From Octopus sinensis (Eukaryota): a stretch of 64,000 nucleotides of DNA. Below, in pieces: positions 27,750 through 40,688 of this stretch. Numbering within the stretch: position 1 is the first letter of the stretch; every line of letters begins with the position of its first letter. The stretch is taken from positions 50,282,001 to 50,346,000 of the forward strand of contig NC_042997.1 in NCBI RefSeq assembly GCF_006345805.1, in the 5' to 3' direction. The notes beneath the pieces are model-generated. The model did no database searches and was not told the origin of the DNA. It saw nothing but the letters and a program-made list of their open reading frames with translations. Both the position numbers and the translations under genes were made by a program.

Positions 27750-28225
27750 AAATTTTAGGGTAGCAAAAAATTCTAGAAAAATTATCCGCTACCGGCGGTC
27801 AAGTGAGAAAGAAAAAATAGTCAATAGACTATATAATATACATTCAAATATATAAGGAATGGCCATAATAGGACATTCGACTCACTAGAAAGAGCAGCTA
27901 AACTCCAAACCACTAATAGTTGTAATTCTGAAATGGAATGAGAAATAAAAACGTTTACCTTCTCCTTTCTGGACTATGCATAGTTTCGGCAATCTTTGTA
28001 AATAAATTAAATTTATTTACAACTGGCGTGCCTCTTCAGCAGAAAACCAAGGACTACCATATAGTCACGAAGCGATAATAACCATGCTTCCAGTCTATAT
28101 GCTATAACTTTTCAAAATCCACCACACTCGCGCGGTTTTCTCAGCAGCAAATATAAACTGCCGATTTAGTTTTAAAATTAGCCAAAAAATCATTAATTAA
28201 TTAATTTTTTGCTACCCTAAAATTT
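27750..28225 (-). mobile_element. HHR-bearing retrozyme-like monomer B with perfect 23-bp inverted termini
   Basis: aaattttagggtagcaaaaaatt (27750-27772) and aattttttgctaccctaaaattt (28203-28225); interior homologous to A and C. Confidence 0.85.
27965..28046 (-). ncRNA. Canonical type I hammerhead ribozyme (element B)
   Basis: Minus strand: ttttctg-CTGAAGA-ggca[ttgtaaataaatt/aatttatttacaa]tgcc-GAAAC-tatgcata-GTC-cagaaag. Confidence 0.92.
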
Positions 28226-28299
28226 AGATAGATAGAACCTTCTCACAGGTTCTAATCTGTTACATGCTAAAAGTAGGGTTCAATGTCGGTCAGACACGT

Positions 28300-28691
28300 G
28301 CATACATGCATATATACGTATGTACGTATAAATATATATATATATATATGTGTGTGTGTGTATGTGTGTGTATGTGTGTGTACATTTATATACATACAGA
28401 CACTCACACATATATATGTATATATTATATACATGTATGTACACACATATATATATATACTTGTATATATATATGTATTTATCTCGCTGTATATATATGC
28501 AGGCACACACACACACACAACTGCACGTATCTGTAGAAGTATATATGTATGTATATGTATATACGTACACACATATATGTGCAAACATATATATATGTAT
28601 ATGCGCATATATATAGATATCTAATTTGCCCTAGCATGGCCACAGCTCCTGAGCTGCAACTAGCTAAAGAGTTAAAGAGAATATTGTGTGT

Positions 28692-28723
<32 letters not shown>

Positions 28724-28911
28724 GATTCTTTTATTTGTTTCAGTTATTTGACTGCGGCTATCTTGGAGTACCGGTATGTATGTATATATATATACATACA
28801 TATATATATATATATTATATATATATATACATACATACATACATACATACACATATATATATATATATTATATATATATATATATTATATATATATTATA
28901 TATACATACAC

Positions 28912-28960
<49 letters not shown>

Positions 28961-29000
28961 CATATATATATATATACACATATGCACACACGCACATATT
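28300..29000. repeat. Degenerate (TA)/(TG)/(CATA) microsatellite field
   Basis: Direct reading. Confidence 0.9.
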
Positions 29001-29647
29001 TATTTTCTAAGCATTTATAATAACTAAACGCAGCAAACCGCACTATATATACATCTAATTTTGTGCACATTCATAACATACAACGCACTAGCACACATAC
29101 GCAAAGAAGCAGAGAGAGAGAGAGAGAGAGTAAAAGCGAGGAAGGAGAAGAAAATAAGAGAGAGAAGCACATATAAACACATATTGCCTTGATATTGATT
29201 AGGTACATGTCTGGCATGTGGGAAATATCGATTTTGCGCTCCTATGGTAACATCTAGCCAGCTTGACAACTTGCCGAGAAGGACTAAATATAGTAACGAA
29301 AATGGCGACTCGTTTAAACTGTTGCAAGTCAACTTACTTTCAGTTTCACAATATAATAGTGCAGATGTTGATAGCGGTTTTGGTGTGAAAGCGGAGAATA
29401 AAAAGAATGAAGTCAAACGAAGGTGAATTAGAATAATTACTAGACTAGATCTAATGTAACTAGGCATTTGGAATTAGGGAGAGAGAAGACAATCAGACAG
29501 ACGAAGTACAAATAAAACAAAGTTCAGTGTGTGATGTGAAAGAGAACTAGGCAGTTGAGTGAAGAGAGTAAAAGAAAATTAGTTTAGACATTGCAGAGAC
29601 GGATAATTAGGCCGTGCACATACATATATACGTCGTACACACGCTAG

Positions 29648-29704
<57 letters not shown>

Positions 29705-29743
29705 TGTACGTATGTATGGTTATATATATATACTATATATAAT

Positions 29744-29777
<34 letters not shown>

Positions 29778-29794
29778 ATATATATAATAATATA

Positions 29795-30058
29795 GATGAT
29801 AAAACGGTGATAACAAAAGAAAGAAGAGACCTCAATATTATGTAAATAGAGGAAATTTATCTATACAATATGTTACATTACTCGGTAGTCAAGATAAAAC
29901 TCTGAGTTTCAGATGCCGAAGTGGAAATCCACAACACCATCTCTTCGGTTATCTGGCTATTTAGCCATATAACCGAAGAGATGGTGTTGTGGATTTCCAC
30001 TTCGGCATCTGAAACTCAGAGTTTTTCTTGACTACCGAGTAATGTAACATATTGTATA
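29795..30058. mobile_element. Fold-back element: 197-bp near-perfect palindrome (29862-30058) carrying two inverted hammerhead-like motifs
   Basis: Arms tatacaatatgttac...ggttat and ataacc...attgtata, centre tggcta-tt-tagcca; (TA)n on both flanks. Confidence 0.85.
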
Positions 30059-30099
<41 letters not shown>

Positions 30100-30146
30100 T
30101 ATATATATAATATAAATGTGTATGGGTGTGTATATATATACATATA

Positions 30147-33100
30147 TCTCCTGATTTACGGAATTAATGTTATTTTGGCGGTTGAAGCTTCTTGGCTGTT
30201 ATTTCTATGGTGAATGGCCTATTATGGCGTTCCTTGATTGTGATATTAACTTAAAAATGGTTTATGACTATTTAATTTTTTCCCACTAGGCCGCTGGGGG
30301 CAAAAGAATTCTACAAAATTTTTTTGCCTCCCTATATTGATTAATTATGAATTTTCCTGGTTGGTTCCGTAATGGAATCGGCGGCTTATATTTATTTGCT
30401 GCCGATAATTTGTTGCGCGAGTGCGACGATTTGAAAATTTTAGGTCAGATATTGGCGAGCATGGACGTGAATGCCTCGTGAAAAAATTCTGTTCCGATTG
30501 GCTATTCCTTACTGATGAATCTAAGGGCCTATGGTAGATTGGCTTGATTTAATTTAATCACGTTAGTTTAACATTAACAGTAGAAGAAACGGTGCATCGT
30601 ATAAGGAATTTCAGGGTAAAATTTTTTAATTTTCTCCGATTTACGGATTAATGTTAGTTTTGCGGTTGAAGCTTTTTGGCTGTTATTTCTAGTGGGTGAA
30701 TGGCCTATTATGGCCGTTCCTTGATTGTGATTTGAACTTAAAAATGGTTTATGACTATTTAATTTTTTCCCACTAGGCCGCTGGGGGCAAAAGAATTCTA
30801 CAAAAAATTTTTTTGCTCCCTATATTGATTAATTATGAATTTTCTGGTTGGTTCCGTAATGGAATCGGCGGCTTATATTTATTTGCTGCCGATAAATTGG
30901 CGCGAGTCGCGATTTGAAAATTTTAGGTCAGATATTGGCGAGGCATGGACGTGAATGCCTCGTGAAAAATATCTGTTCCGATTTGGCTATTCTTACTGAT
31001 GAATCTAGGGCCTATTGTAGATTGGCTTGATTTAATTTAATCACGTTAGTTTACCATTAACAGTAGAAGAAACGGTGCATCGTATAAGGAATTTCAGGGT
31101 AAATGTTTTTTAATAATTTTCTCCTGATTTGGAATTAATGTTATTTTGCGGTTGAAGCTTTTTGGCTGTTATTTCTAGTGGGTGAATGGCCTATTATGGC
31201 CGTTCCTTGATTGTGATATTGAACTTAAAAATGGTTTATGACTATTTAATTTTTTCCCACTAGGCCGCTGGGGGCAAAAGAATTCTACAAAATTTTTTTG
31301 CCTCCCTATATTGATTAATTATGAATTTTCTGGTTGGTTCCGTAATGGAATCGGCGGCTTATATTTATTTGCTGCCGATAAATTTGGCGCGAGTGCGACG
31401 ATTTGAAAATTTTAGGTCAGATATTGGCGAGGCATGGACGTGAATGCCTCGTGAAAAATATCTGTTCCGATTTGGCTATTCCTTACTGATGATCTAAGGG
31501 CCTATGGTAGATTGGCTTGATTTATTTAATCACGTTAGTTTACCATTAAACAGTAGAAGAAACGGTGCATCGTATAAGGAATTTCAGGGTAAATGTTTTT
31601 TAATTTTCTCCTGATTTACGGAATTAATGTATTTTGTTTGCGGTTGAAGCTTTTTGGCTGTTATTTCTAGTGGGTGAATGCCTATTATGGCCGTTCCTTG
31701 ATTGTGATATTGAACTTAAAATGGTTTATGACTATTTAATTTTCCCACTAGGCCGCTGGGGGCAAAAAATTCTACAAAATTTTTTTTCCTCCCTATATTG
31801 ATTAATTATGATTTTCTGGTTGGTTCCGTAATGGAATCGGCGGCTTATATTTATTTGCTGCCGATAAAATTGGCGCGAGTGCGACGATTTGAAAATTTTA
31901 GGTCAGATATTGGCGAGGCATGGACGTGAATGCCTCGTGAAAAATATCTGTTCCGATTTGGCTATTCCTTACTGATGAATCTAAGGGCCTATGGTAGATT
32001 GGCTTGATTAATTTAATCACGTTAGTTTACCATTAAACAGTAGAAGAAACGGTGCATCGTAAGGAATTTCAGGGTAAATGTTTTTTAATTTTCTCCTGAT
32101 TTACGGAATTAATGTTATTTTGCGGTTGAAGCTTTTTGGCTGTTATTTCTAGTGGGTGAATGGCCTATTATGGCCGTTCCTTGATTGTGATATTGAACTT
32201 AAAATGGTTTATGACTATTTAATTTTTTCCCACTAGGCCGCTGGGGGCAAAAGAATTCTACAAAATTTTTTTGCCCCCTATATTGATTAATTATGAATTT
32301 TCTGGTTGGTTCCGTATGGAATCGGCGGCTTATATTTATTTGCTGCCGATAAATTTGGCGCGAGTGCGACGATTTGAAAATTTTAGGTCAGATATTGGCG
32401 AGGCATGGACGTGAATGCCTCGTGAAAAATATCTGTTCCGATTTGGCTATTCCTTACTGATGAATCTAAGGGCCTATGTTAGATTGGCTTGATTTAATTT
32501 AATCACGTTAGTTTACCATTAAACAGTAGAAGAAACGGTGCATCGTATAAGGAATTTCAGGTAAATGTTTTTTAATTTTCTCCTGATTTACGGAATTAAT
32601 GTTATTTTGCGGTTGAAGCTTTTGCTGTTATTTCTAGTGGGTGAATGGCCTATTATGGCCGTTCCTTGATTGTGATATTGAACTTAAAAATGGTTTATGA
32701 CTATTTAATTTTTTCCCACTAGGCCGCTGGGGGCAAAAGAATTCTACAAATTTTTTTGCCTCCCTATATTGATTAATTATGAATTTTCTGGTTGGTTCCG
32801 TAATGGAATCGGCGGCTTATATTTATTTGCTGCCGATAAATTTGGCGCGAGTGCGACGATTTGAAAATTTTAGGTCAGATATTGGCGAGGCATGGACGTG
32901 AATGCCTCGTGAAAATATCTGTTCCGATTTGGCTATTCCTTACTGATGAATCTAAGGCCTATGGTAGATTGGCTTGATTTAATTTAATCACGTTAGTTTA
33001 CCATTAAACAGTAGAAGAAACGGTGCATCGTATAAGAAATTTCAGGGTAAATGTTTTTTAATTTTCTCCTGATTTACGGAATTAATGTTATTTTGCGGTT

Positions 33101-34238
33101 GAAGCTTTTTGGCTGTTATTTCTAGTGGGTGAATGGCCTATTATGGCCGTTCCTTGATTGTGATATTGAACTAAAAATGGTTTATTGACTATTTAATTTT
33201 TTCCCACTAGGCCGCTGGGGGCAAAAGAATTCTACAAAATTTTTTTGCCTCCCTATATTGATTAATTATGATTTTCTGGTTGGTTCCGTAATGGAATCGG
33301 CGGCTTATATTTATTTGCTGCCGATAAATTTGGCGCGAGTGCGACGATTTGAAAATTTTAGGTCAGATATTGGCGAGGCATGGACGTGAATGCCTCGTGA
33401 AAAATATCTGTTCCGATTTGGCTATTCCTTACTGATGAATCTAAGGGCCTATGGTAGATTGGCTTGATTTAATTAATCACGTTAGTTTACCATTAAACAG
33501 TAAGAAAAACGGTGCATCGTATAAGGAATTTCAGGGTAATGTTTTTTAATTTTCTCCTGATTTACGGAATTAATGTTATTTTGCGGTTGAAGCTTTTTGC
33601 TGTTATTCTAGTGGGTGAATGCCTATTATGGCCGTTCCTTGATTGTGATATTGAACTTAAAAATGGTTTATGACTATTAATTTTTTTCCACTAGGCCGCT
33701 GGGGGCAAAAGAATTCTACAAAATTTTTTTGCCTCCCTATATTGATTAATTATGAATTTTCTGGTTGGTTCCGTAATGGAATCGCGGCTTATATTTATTT
33801 GCTGCCGATAAATTTGGCGCGAGTGCGACGATTTGAAAATTTTAGGTCAGATATTGGCGAGGCATGACGTGAATGCCTCGTGAAAAATATCTGTTCCGAT
33901 TTGGCTATTCCTTACTGATGAATCTAAGGGCCTATGGTAGATTGGCTTGATTTAATTATCACGTTAGTTTACCATTAAACAGTAGAAGAAACGGTGCATC
34001 GTATAAGGAATTTCAGGGTAAATGTTTTTTAATTTTCTCCTGATTTACGGAATTAATGTTATTTTGCGGTTGAAGCTTTTTGGCTGTTATTTCTAGTGGG
34101 TGAATGGCCTATTATGGCCGTTCCTTGATTGTGATATTGAACTTAAAAATGGTTTATGACTATTTAATTTTTTCCCACTAGGCCGCTGGGGGCAAAAGAA
34201 TTCTACAAAATTTTTTTGCCTCCCATATTGATTAATTA
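30147..34238 (+). repeat. Tandem array of ~8.4 units of ~486 bp, one type I hammerhead per unit (retrozyme-like array C)
   Basis: CTGATGA at 30512, 30996, 31486, 31972, 32457, 32943, 33432, 33915; motif ttcctta-CTGATGA-a-tcta..taga-a-GAAAC-ggtgcatc-GTA-taaggaa. Confidence 0.92.
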
Positions 34239-34479
34239 TACATATATATACATATATTATATATATTATATACACATATATATACACATACATATATACA
34301 TGGATATATAGATATTTATATACATATATATGTACATACATATAATATATACATATATAATACATACACACATATATATATATACACATATACATATATA
34401 TATATACATATAAACATATATACATACTACATACATATATATATATATATATATAATATATATATATTATATATATATA

Positions 34480-34498
34480 TATATAGATAGATAGATAG

Positions 34499-34585
<87 letters not shown>

Positions 34586-34622
34586 GTAGGTAGATAGGTA
34601 GATAGATAGATAGATGGATAGA
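34480..34622. repeat. (GATA)n microsatellite
   Basis: Direct reading. Confidence 0.95.
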
Positions 34623-34724
34623 TAAACAGTCAGAAGAACAGACGGATTGATGGACGGTTATTATACATGTGCGCGAGCCTATGCAGGTGTGTGTGCGTGG
34701 GTGGTGTAAAGGTATATATGTGAA

Positions 34725-35040
34725 TGCATATGGCTCAGTGGTTAAAGCGCAGAACTTACGACCGTGAGGTTCTGAGTTCGAATCCCGGACCGGGCTGCGT
34801 GTTGTGCTCTTGATCGAGACACTTTATTTCACGTTGCTCCAGTTTACTCAGCTGTGGAAATGAGTTGCGACGTCACAGGTGCTAAGCTGTATTGGCTTTC
34901 GTCTTTCCCTTGGATAACACTGGTGGCGTGGAGAGGGGAGGCAGGTATGCATAGGCGACTGCTGGTCTTCCATAAACAACCTAGCCTGGGTAACTTTCTA
35001 GGTGCAACCCTATGGTCATTCGTGACCGAAAGGGGTCTTT
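34725..35040 (+). mobile_element. tRNA-derived SINE
   Basis: tggctcagtggttaaagcg (A box), gagttcgaatcccgg (B box), tgtgctcttgatcgagacactttatttcacgttg centre. Confidence 0.8.
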
Positions 35041-35149
35041 GATATATATATATATGATATAGGGTTGATAAAAACAGATTGGCTGTTAGCTAAACATAGA
35101 TACATATGCACATGATAGATACGAGAGGAAAATGGATAGGTACAGGTTT

Positions 35150-35522
35150 GGCTGTGTGGTAAAAGGCTTGCTGCCCAACCACATAGCTCTAGGTTCACTC
35201 CCACTGTGTGGCATCTTGGACAAGTGTCTTCTACTATAGCCCCGTGCCGACCAAAACCTTGTGAGGGTATTTAATAGACAGAAACTGCAAGAAGCCCGTC
35301 GTTTAAATATGCATATGTATGTATTTGTGTCTATGTTTGTCCCCCCACCATCACTTGACAACCGATGTTGGTGTGTTTACATCCCTGTAACATAGCAGTT
35401 CGGCAAAAGAGACCGATAGAATATTTCTAGGCTTGCAAAGAATAAGTCCTGGGGTCGATTTGTTCGATTAAAGGCAGTGCTCCCCCATGGCCACAGTCAA
35501 GTGGCCGAAACAAGTAAAAGGC
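35150..35522 (+). mobile_element. tRNA-derived CORE-type SINE
   Basis: Homologous to 5410-5815 throughout. Confidence 0.85.
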
Positions 35523-35654
35523 ATAAAAGGGGTAGACATGCAGGTAAGGGGACAGACAGAAAGAGGGGACAAGCCAAGAAACGGACTCAGTCGGAGAGGT
35601 ATGTCGCTATATATTCAGATCAATATGCATTCTTACAGGTATTGATATTGATTC

Positions 35655-35692
<38 letters not shown>

Positions 35693-35693
35693 C

Positions 35694-35786
<93 letters not shown>

Positions 35787-36043
35787 TGTGTGTGTGTGTG
35801 TATGAGAATGCGTTCGTGTATATACATGTACCTAGATACATTTATATCTCTCTATATATATATGCTAAGTGCAGCATAGAGACAAATACATAGATTCGTA
35901 CGTATGTATGTATGTACGTATGTATGTATGTATGTATGTATGTATGTATGTAGGTAGGTAGGTAGGTAAGGAGGGAGGGAGGTAGGGAGGTAGGTAGGAG
36001 GGAATGTGGGTATAGACTCTCACACATATCTTATATCTTTTAA

Positions 36044-36400
36044 TACGAGGATGGACTGAAAAGTTTAAAAGCTAACCATGAAGGAATGAGGCCATCACTA
36101 TGAAATCCTGCCCCCAACGACATTCGTACTGACATGGTTGCTACATTAGGGGATGACACAACAGGTTTATCAACAACTCAAAAGCAGGCAGCTGAATTTA
36201 GGATGGGAAGGATGAGTCTTTTTGATAATCCACTTTCTAGACGTCCTACAACTACCACCACCGTGTTAATCATATGGTGATGGATGACAGGCGATTGACT
36301 TTAAATCATATAGCCAATACTACTAGTATATCCCGTAGGAGATTTGGGAATATTCTGCACAATGAACTAGATATTACAAAGGTTTCTGCTCGGTTGGTTG
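36044..36400 (+). pseudogene. mariner transposase 5' relic
   Basis: tacgagg TIR-like start; DMVATLGDD, AAEFRMGR.SL.D.P.S.RPTT, MVMDDRRLT..IANT.SIS....NILHNEL..TKVSAR. Confidence 0.85.
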
Positions 36401-36539
36401 AGGCTGATTACGTCACAAACAAATCTGACAATCGAACGATACCAACCAAGCCTTCTTCAATCATCAAATCTCGGACAAATAATTTTAAAAATCACAAATC
36501 ATCAACAGCCGATGACAACGAGCAAATCTCAAGTGACTA

Positions 36540-36913
36540 CTAACAAAAGCTAGGGTCACATGCGAGAAAGAAATAATACAAGTAGTAAACTCTGTAGACC
36601 CTCGTTTTGGTATATTGATATAATTTAACAAGGAACAACTAAAAGATTCAAGAATTGGAGGGAGCTGAAAGTGAATGCAAATAATGAATTGCAAAACAAA
36701 AACACCTCTTCTATTGCATCATATGTCGAGAATACAATGAGCATTATATTGGAAAAAGAGATACTGAACCAACGTGGATGATCAGCACATTAAAGATTCA
36801 TCTCTTAGAAATGTTCCATGTACAAAATATACGAGGAAACTGATCAACTACAAATGACAAAAGAAGAATACATCATAAAAATAATGAAAATTCTTAATCC
36901 GAAGCTAAATTGA
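36540..36913 (+). pseudogene. Penelope-like GIY-YIG endonuclease C-terminal relic
   Basis: CIICREYNEHYIGK (36715-36756), KEEYIIKI and terminal NPKLN-stop (to 36913). Confidence 0.75.
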
Positions 36914-37469
36914 AAGTAGTTACACCATTACAAAAATCAACATCCTCTTTATGCATTAACCCAGAACGCGTGTGTTTAAAAGGATGAAAAAGGAAAGCGC
37001 TTAAACACAAGATATACAGCACACTGAACATGAAATATATATAAAATATTATACAAACTTCATCTGCAAACGTTAGTTACATTCTGTTAAATAAAAGAAC
37101 TATTTAAAAAAAAAATTATAGGTAAGAAACTATAAGAAAAATCTATTTCTAATTATTGTTAATGCATCAACTAATATTTGACGTACAAATACACGGATTC
37201 GTGTCCGAGGGCGCAGTAGACCCACTGGGAATGAGGGACCTCTGGTCTTTGTGAATGCATCCCTCGGGAAGAAAGCTAACGTCTCTATAAAGCAAGCTGC
37301 TCTACTGAGCCAGATGTTTTGCTCTTTGCTTGTATCTGGGTTTCTTGTTAGTGAGAGTTGCTGTAGTGTTGTGTGACTCGCACTCGATTTAAAAGACTTG
37401 CACGAATATTGCTGACACAGTTCCACTCGTCAGCGCTGGTTATGTTCCTTTCAAGAATAGATATTCATC

Positions 37470-37541
<72 letters not shown>

Positions 37542-37623
37542 AGAGAGAGACAGACATACAGACAGACAGAGTAAGATTATGTTGAAGATATAGAGTATCA
37601 TGGCGGTATATAAGAGATAGGGA

Positions 37624-37857
37624 TAGGCGGCGAGCTGGCTGAAACGTTAGCGCGCCGGGCGAAATGCGTGACCGTATTTCGTCTGTCGTTACGTTCTGAG
37701 TTCAAATTCCGCCGAGGTCGACTTTGCCTTTCATCCTCTCGGGGTCGATAAATAAAGTACCAGTTTCGCACTGGGGTCGATATAATCGACTTCATCCGTC
37801 TGTTTGTCATTGTTTGTCCCCATCTGTTTAGCCCCTTGTGGGTAGTAAAGAAATAAA
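37624..37857 (+). mobile_element. tRNA-derived SINE (gtcgactttgcctttcatcc family)
   Basis: Complete head-to-tail match to other copies. Confidence 0.9.
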
Positions 37858-37891
37858 TGAGATAGGGGTAGTGAAAAACGTTGAGGAATCC

Positions 37892-37991
37892 AGACCTGAA
37901 AATTGGGAGTATGTCGACCCGAGTAAGTATTGAAACTAGATACCTCGTATCTAATCAATACCGACCTACTTTCATGAAACACGTGTAGTCT
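37892..37991 (+). ncRNA. Type I hammerhead motif with G8-to-A lesion (element H)
   Basis: agac-CTGAAAA-t-tgggagtatgtcg[gtattga..tagatac-ctc-gtatcta..tcaatac]cgacctactttca-t-GAAAC-acgt-GTA-gtct. Confidence 0.7.
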
Positions 37992-38123
37992 TATAAACAG
38001 AAAATACAGTATTCAGAATAGATATAGTTAGTATAAGATTTAATTTTTAACATTTTATAGAGTGGTGGGTATAAAACTTCCAGTGTTGATTGAGTTGAAG
38101 GTGGTTCTGTCTCTAAAATTACT

Positions 38124-38179
<56 letters not shown>

Positions 38180-39229
38180 CGTATTTGTAACGGCAAAGAT
38201 TAATTTGTAACGGTTGTTGTTAAGGTGTTGGTTGCCAGTATGCAAGATGGAAGAAGAACAGTGATTGAAGTTGTAAAGAAATATTTATTTACCGTTACTT
38301 TGTATATATCCAAAACCACGACGGGTTGGTATCTATAACTAAGTAAATGGAAAAGCATGCGAGGTAAAAAGAGTTAACTTCGGCCGGTATGTGTGTACAC
38401 GAGCTGATAGAGAGATATGGTAATGTTACAGAGAAAAAGAAAGTGAGTGAGTGAAAGTGAGAATGGTGGGACGAAACAACTGCTTCATTGGTGAGTTACC
38501 ATAGCTGTCCCTTACTGCCTTTTCCTTTAGTGACGACGTTTTGTTCAGCCGGTCAGCCGGACTCGGTTCTCACTAACTAATTTATTTTATTTGCCAATAA
38601 ATGGCAAACATAGAGGGGACAACAGAAGAGCTAAAATAACAAAACATTTAGGGACTGCAGTTATACATTAGTCGGGATAAAAATCGAATACAATTATATC
38701 GAAAGAATGAATCAAATGAATTAAAATGAATTAAAAATTAAATTAAAAATTGATGATAATATAGATTTTCCGGGTTTGTGTTCAACACACCGGTTTTTCC
38801 CCCTTTTCCCTCTTAATGTTCTCTGCATAATTTTTGCAGGACGTCCTCGTCGAGCTCTACTGATCTTTCAGGTCGAGGCTCGTCTTCTAGGCTGTATTTT
38901 CCGGCTCGGAATTTCTTGAACTACCGTTGACACTGGCTTACGCTTACTGCCCCATCCCCACATACTGCATTAACATTCCTCGCACTTTCCGTTGCATTGT
39001 TGCTTTTATTGAGTTAATAAAGCAAAATATGCCACATATATGCTCCTTTGTCAGTTCCATTATATCTTTGAAAAGATAATTGTTAAAATCGATCTGAGCT
39101 CTTCAAAACTTTTTTTTTCCTACAAGCGGACAACATAGAAAGGGACAACACAATCTGATTTGGGGTCAGATAAACGAATGGCGATAAACATAAATATGAG
39201 ATTTAAAATTCCCAAAATATGAAAATATA

Positions 39230-39715
39230 AAGAAATCGAATGATAGGATAGACGGAAGACATTACATTCTTCCATCGATTTTCGAACAAAAACCAGGTAT
39301 TTTCTCTCTATCCCTGTTTTCCTTTTAAGGTATAAGGTGAAGTAATTAATTGCTACTACAATGAGAAAACAATTCTTACCTTCTTTCGATAGGAAATCAG
39401 GAGGGTCAATTTTTACTATAGACTCAGTCGATAGCTGTACTCTTCTTGCACTTGACAGCAGTTGTTCAGCATAAACCCACATGTCTGACACCTCTGAACA
39501 CTGATCAATAGCGTGAGGGACGGTTTCTCTATTCCGCTCACATCTTGGACAGGTCGAAGGGCCGTGGCCATCATGCCTTGTGAGCTTGTCTCGAGCAGAT
39601 AAGGCTCCTCGGTAACACTGCCATGCCAGAGACTTCTGAAAGTTGTCCAGGGTCTTCGGCCCGAATGTACTTTGGAACAGACTGGCTAGCTGATTATCGT
39701 AGGGCGAAAATTACA
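39230..39715 (-). mobile_element. Old 3' fragment of the Tx1/L1-like family seen at 53.5-58.4 kb
   Basis: Nucleotide similarity to ~54020-54450 (gacagcagt.gttc..cataa.cccaca; catcttggacaggtcg; ctgaaagttgtcca..g.cccgaa). Confidence 0.7.
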
Positions 39716-40444
39716 GTTTTCCACAGGACAACAGTTCAAATCCCAATAAAATCTTCAATACAAATATAACAAAAATTCACAATAACTGAACAGGAAACGA
39801 ACTCACATACCGCAGGTAACAACTGAAAACAATACCGTGTCGTAGACGAAAAAGGCGTTGCCTTGGTAGCTGTTGATGCTTATTCGTCTTTGAAAACTTA
39901 CAGAATTTCAAATGAAATAAATTCACTGATCAACATAATTAGAAATATTGCATTTCGAAATCTCTCAGAGAGACTTATACAAGTAGCAGTACGATAAAGT
40001 GGTGGTTTGTTGCCAACTTAATGTGGCAGTCCCAGGAAAGGGAAGACTGCTACTGCTATTTAGCCCCAGGAAACATCGTTTCCAGTTGCGTATGTGACAC
40101 AAGCGTTCTGTGTCCTTAAGTTTTCAAACAGGGGAGTCATTGCTCTTAATCAGTCTGAGAGATTTAGAAATGCAATATTCAAGAATTCAGTAAAGTTTCA
40201 TTGAGCGGGAAGTAAGTTCGACATTTGATTACTTGACATTTTGAAAGGGGTGAGCTTTTGTAAAGTGTTTGTTGCTTGTTCATACTTTTATATAAACGCA
40301 GTAAGGTAAGAATTTAGCCTAATTTTGCCAATAGTCTGTGATATCAAAGTTGTTGACCAAAGTTCCATGATATCGATCTTGCTGTACAGCCTTCAAATCG
40401 TGATCACCCCATACAATTATGTGCTGGAGCCTACTTTGCATTGT

Positions 40445-40688
40445 CTTATAGATACGTATTTCTTTACTACCTACAAGGGGCGAAACACAGAGGGAACAAA
40501 CAAGGACAGACAAACGGATTAAGTCGGTTATATCGACCCCAGTGCGTAATTGGTACTTATTTAATTGACCCTGAAAGGATGAAAGGCAAAGTCGACCTCG
40601 GCGGAATTTGAACTCAGAACGTAGCAGCAGACGAAATACTGCTAAGTATTTCGCCCGGCGTGCTAACGTTTCAGCCAGCTCGCCGCCT
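40445..40688 (-). mobile_element. tRNA-derived SINE (gtcgactttgcctttcatcc family)
   Basis: Reverse complement of 37624-37857. Confidence 0.9.

Noticed and set aside
30147-34238. CRISPR array or ordinary satellite reading of the tandem repeat
   Set aside because: No unique spacers and eukaryotic context; the unit has a full hammerhead fold and dispersed diverged relatives.
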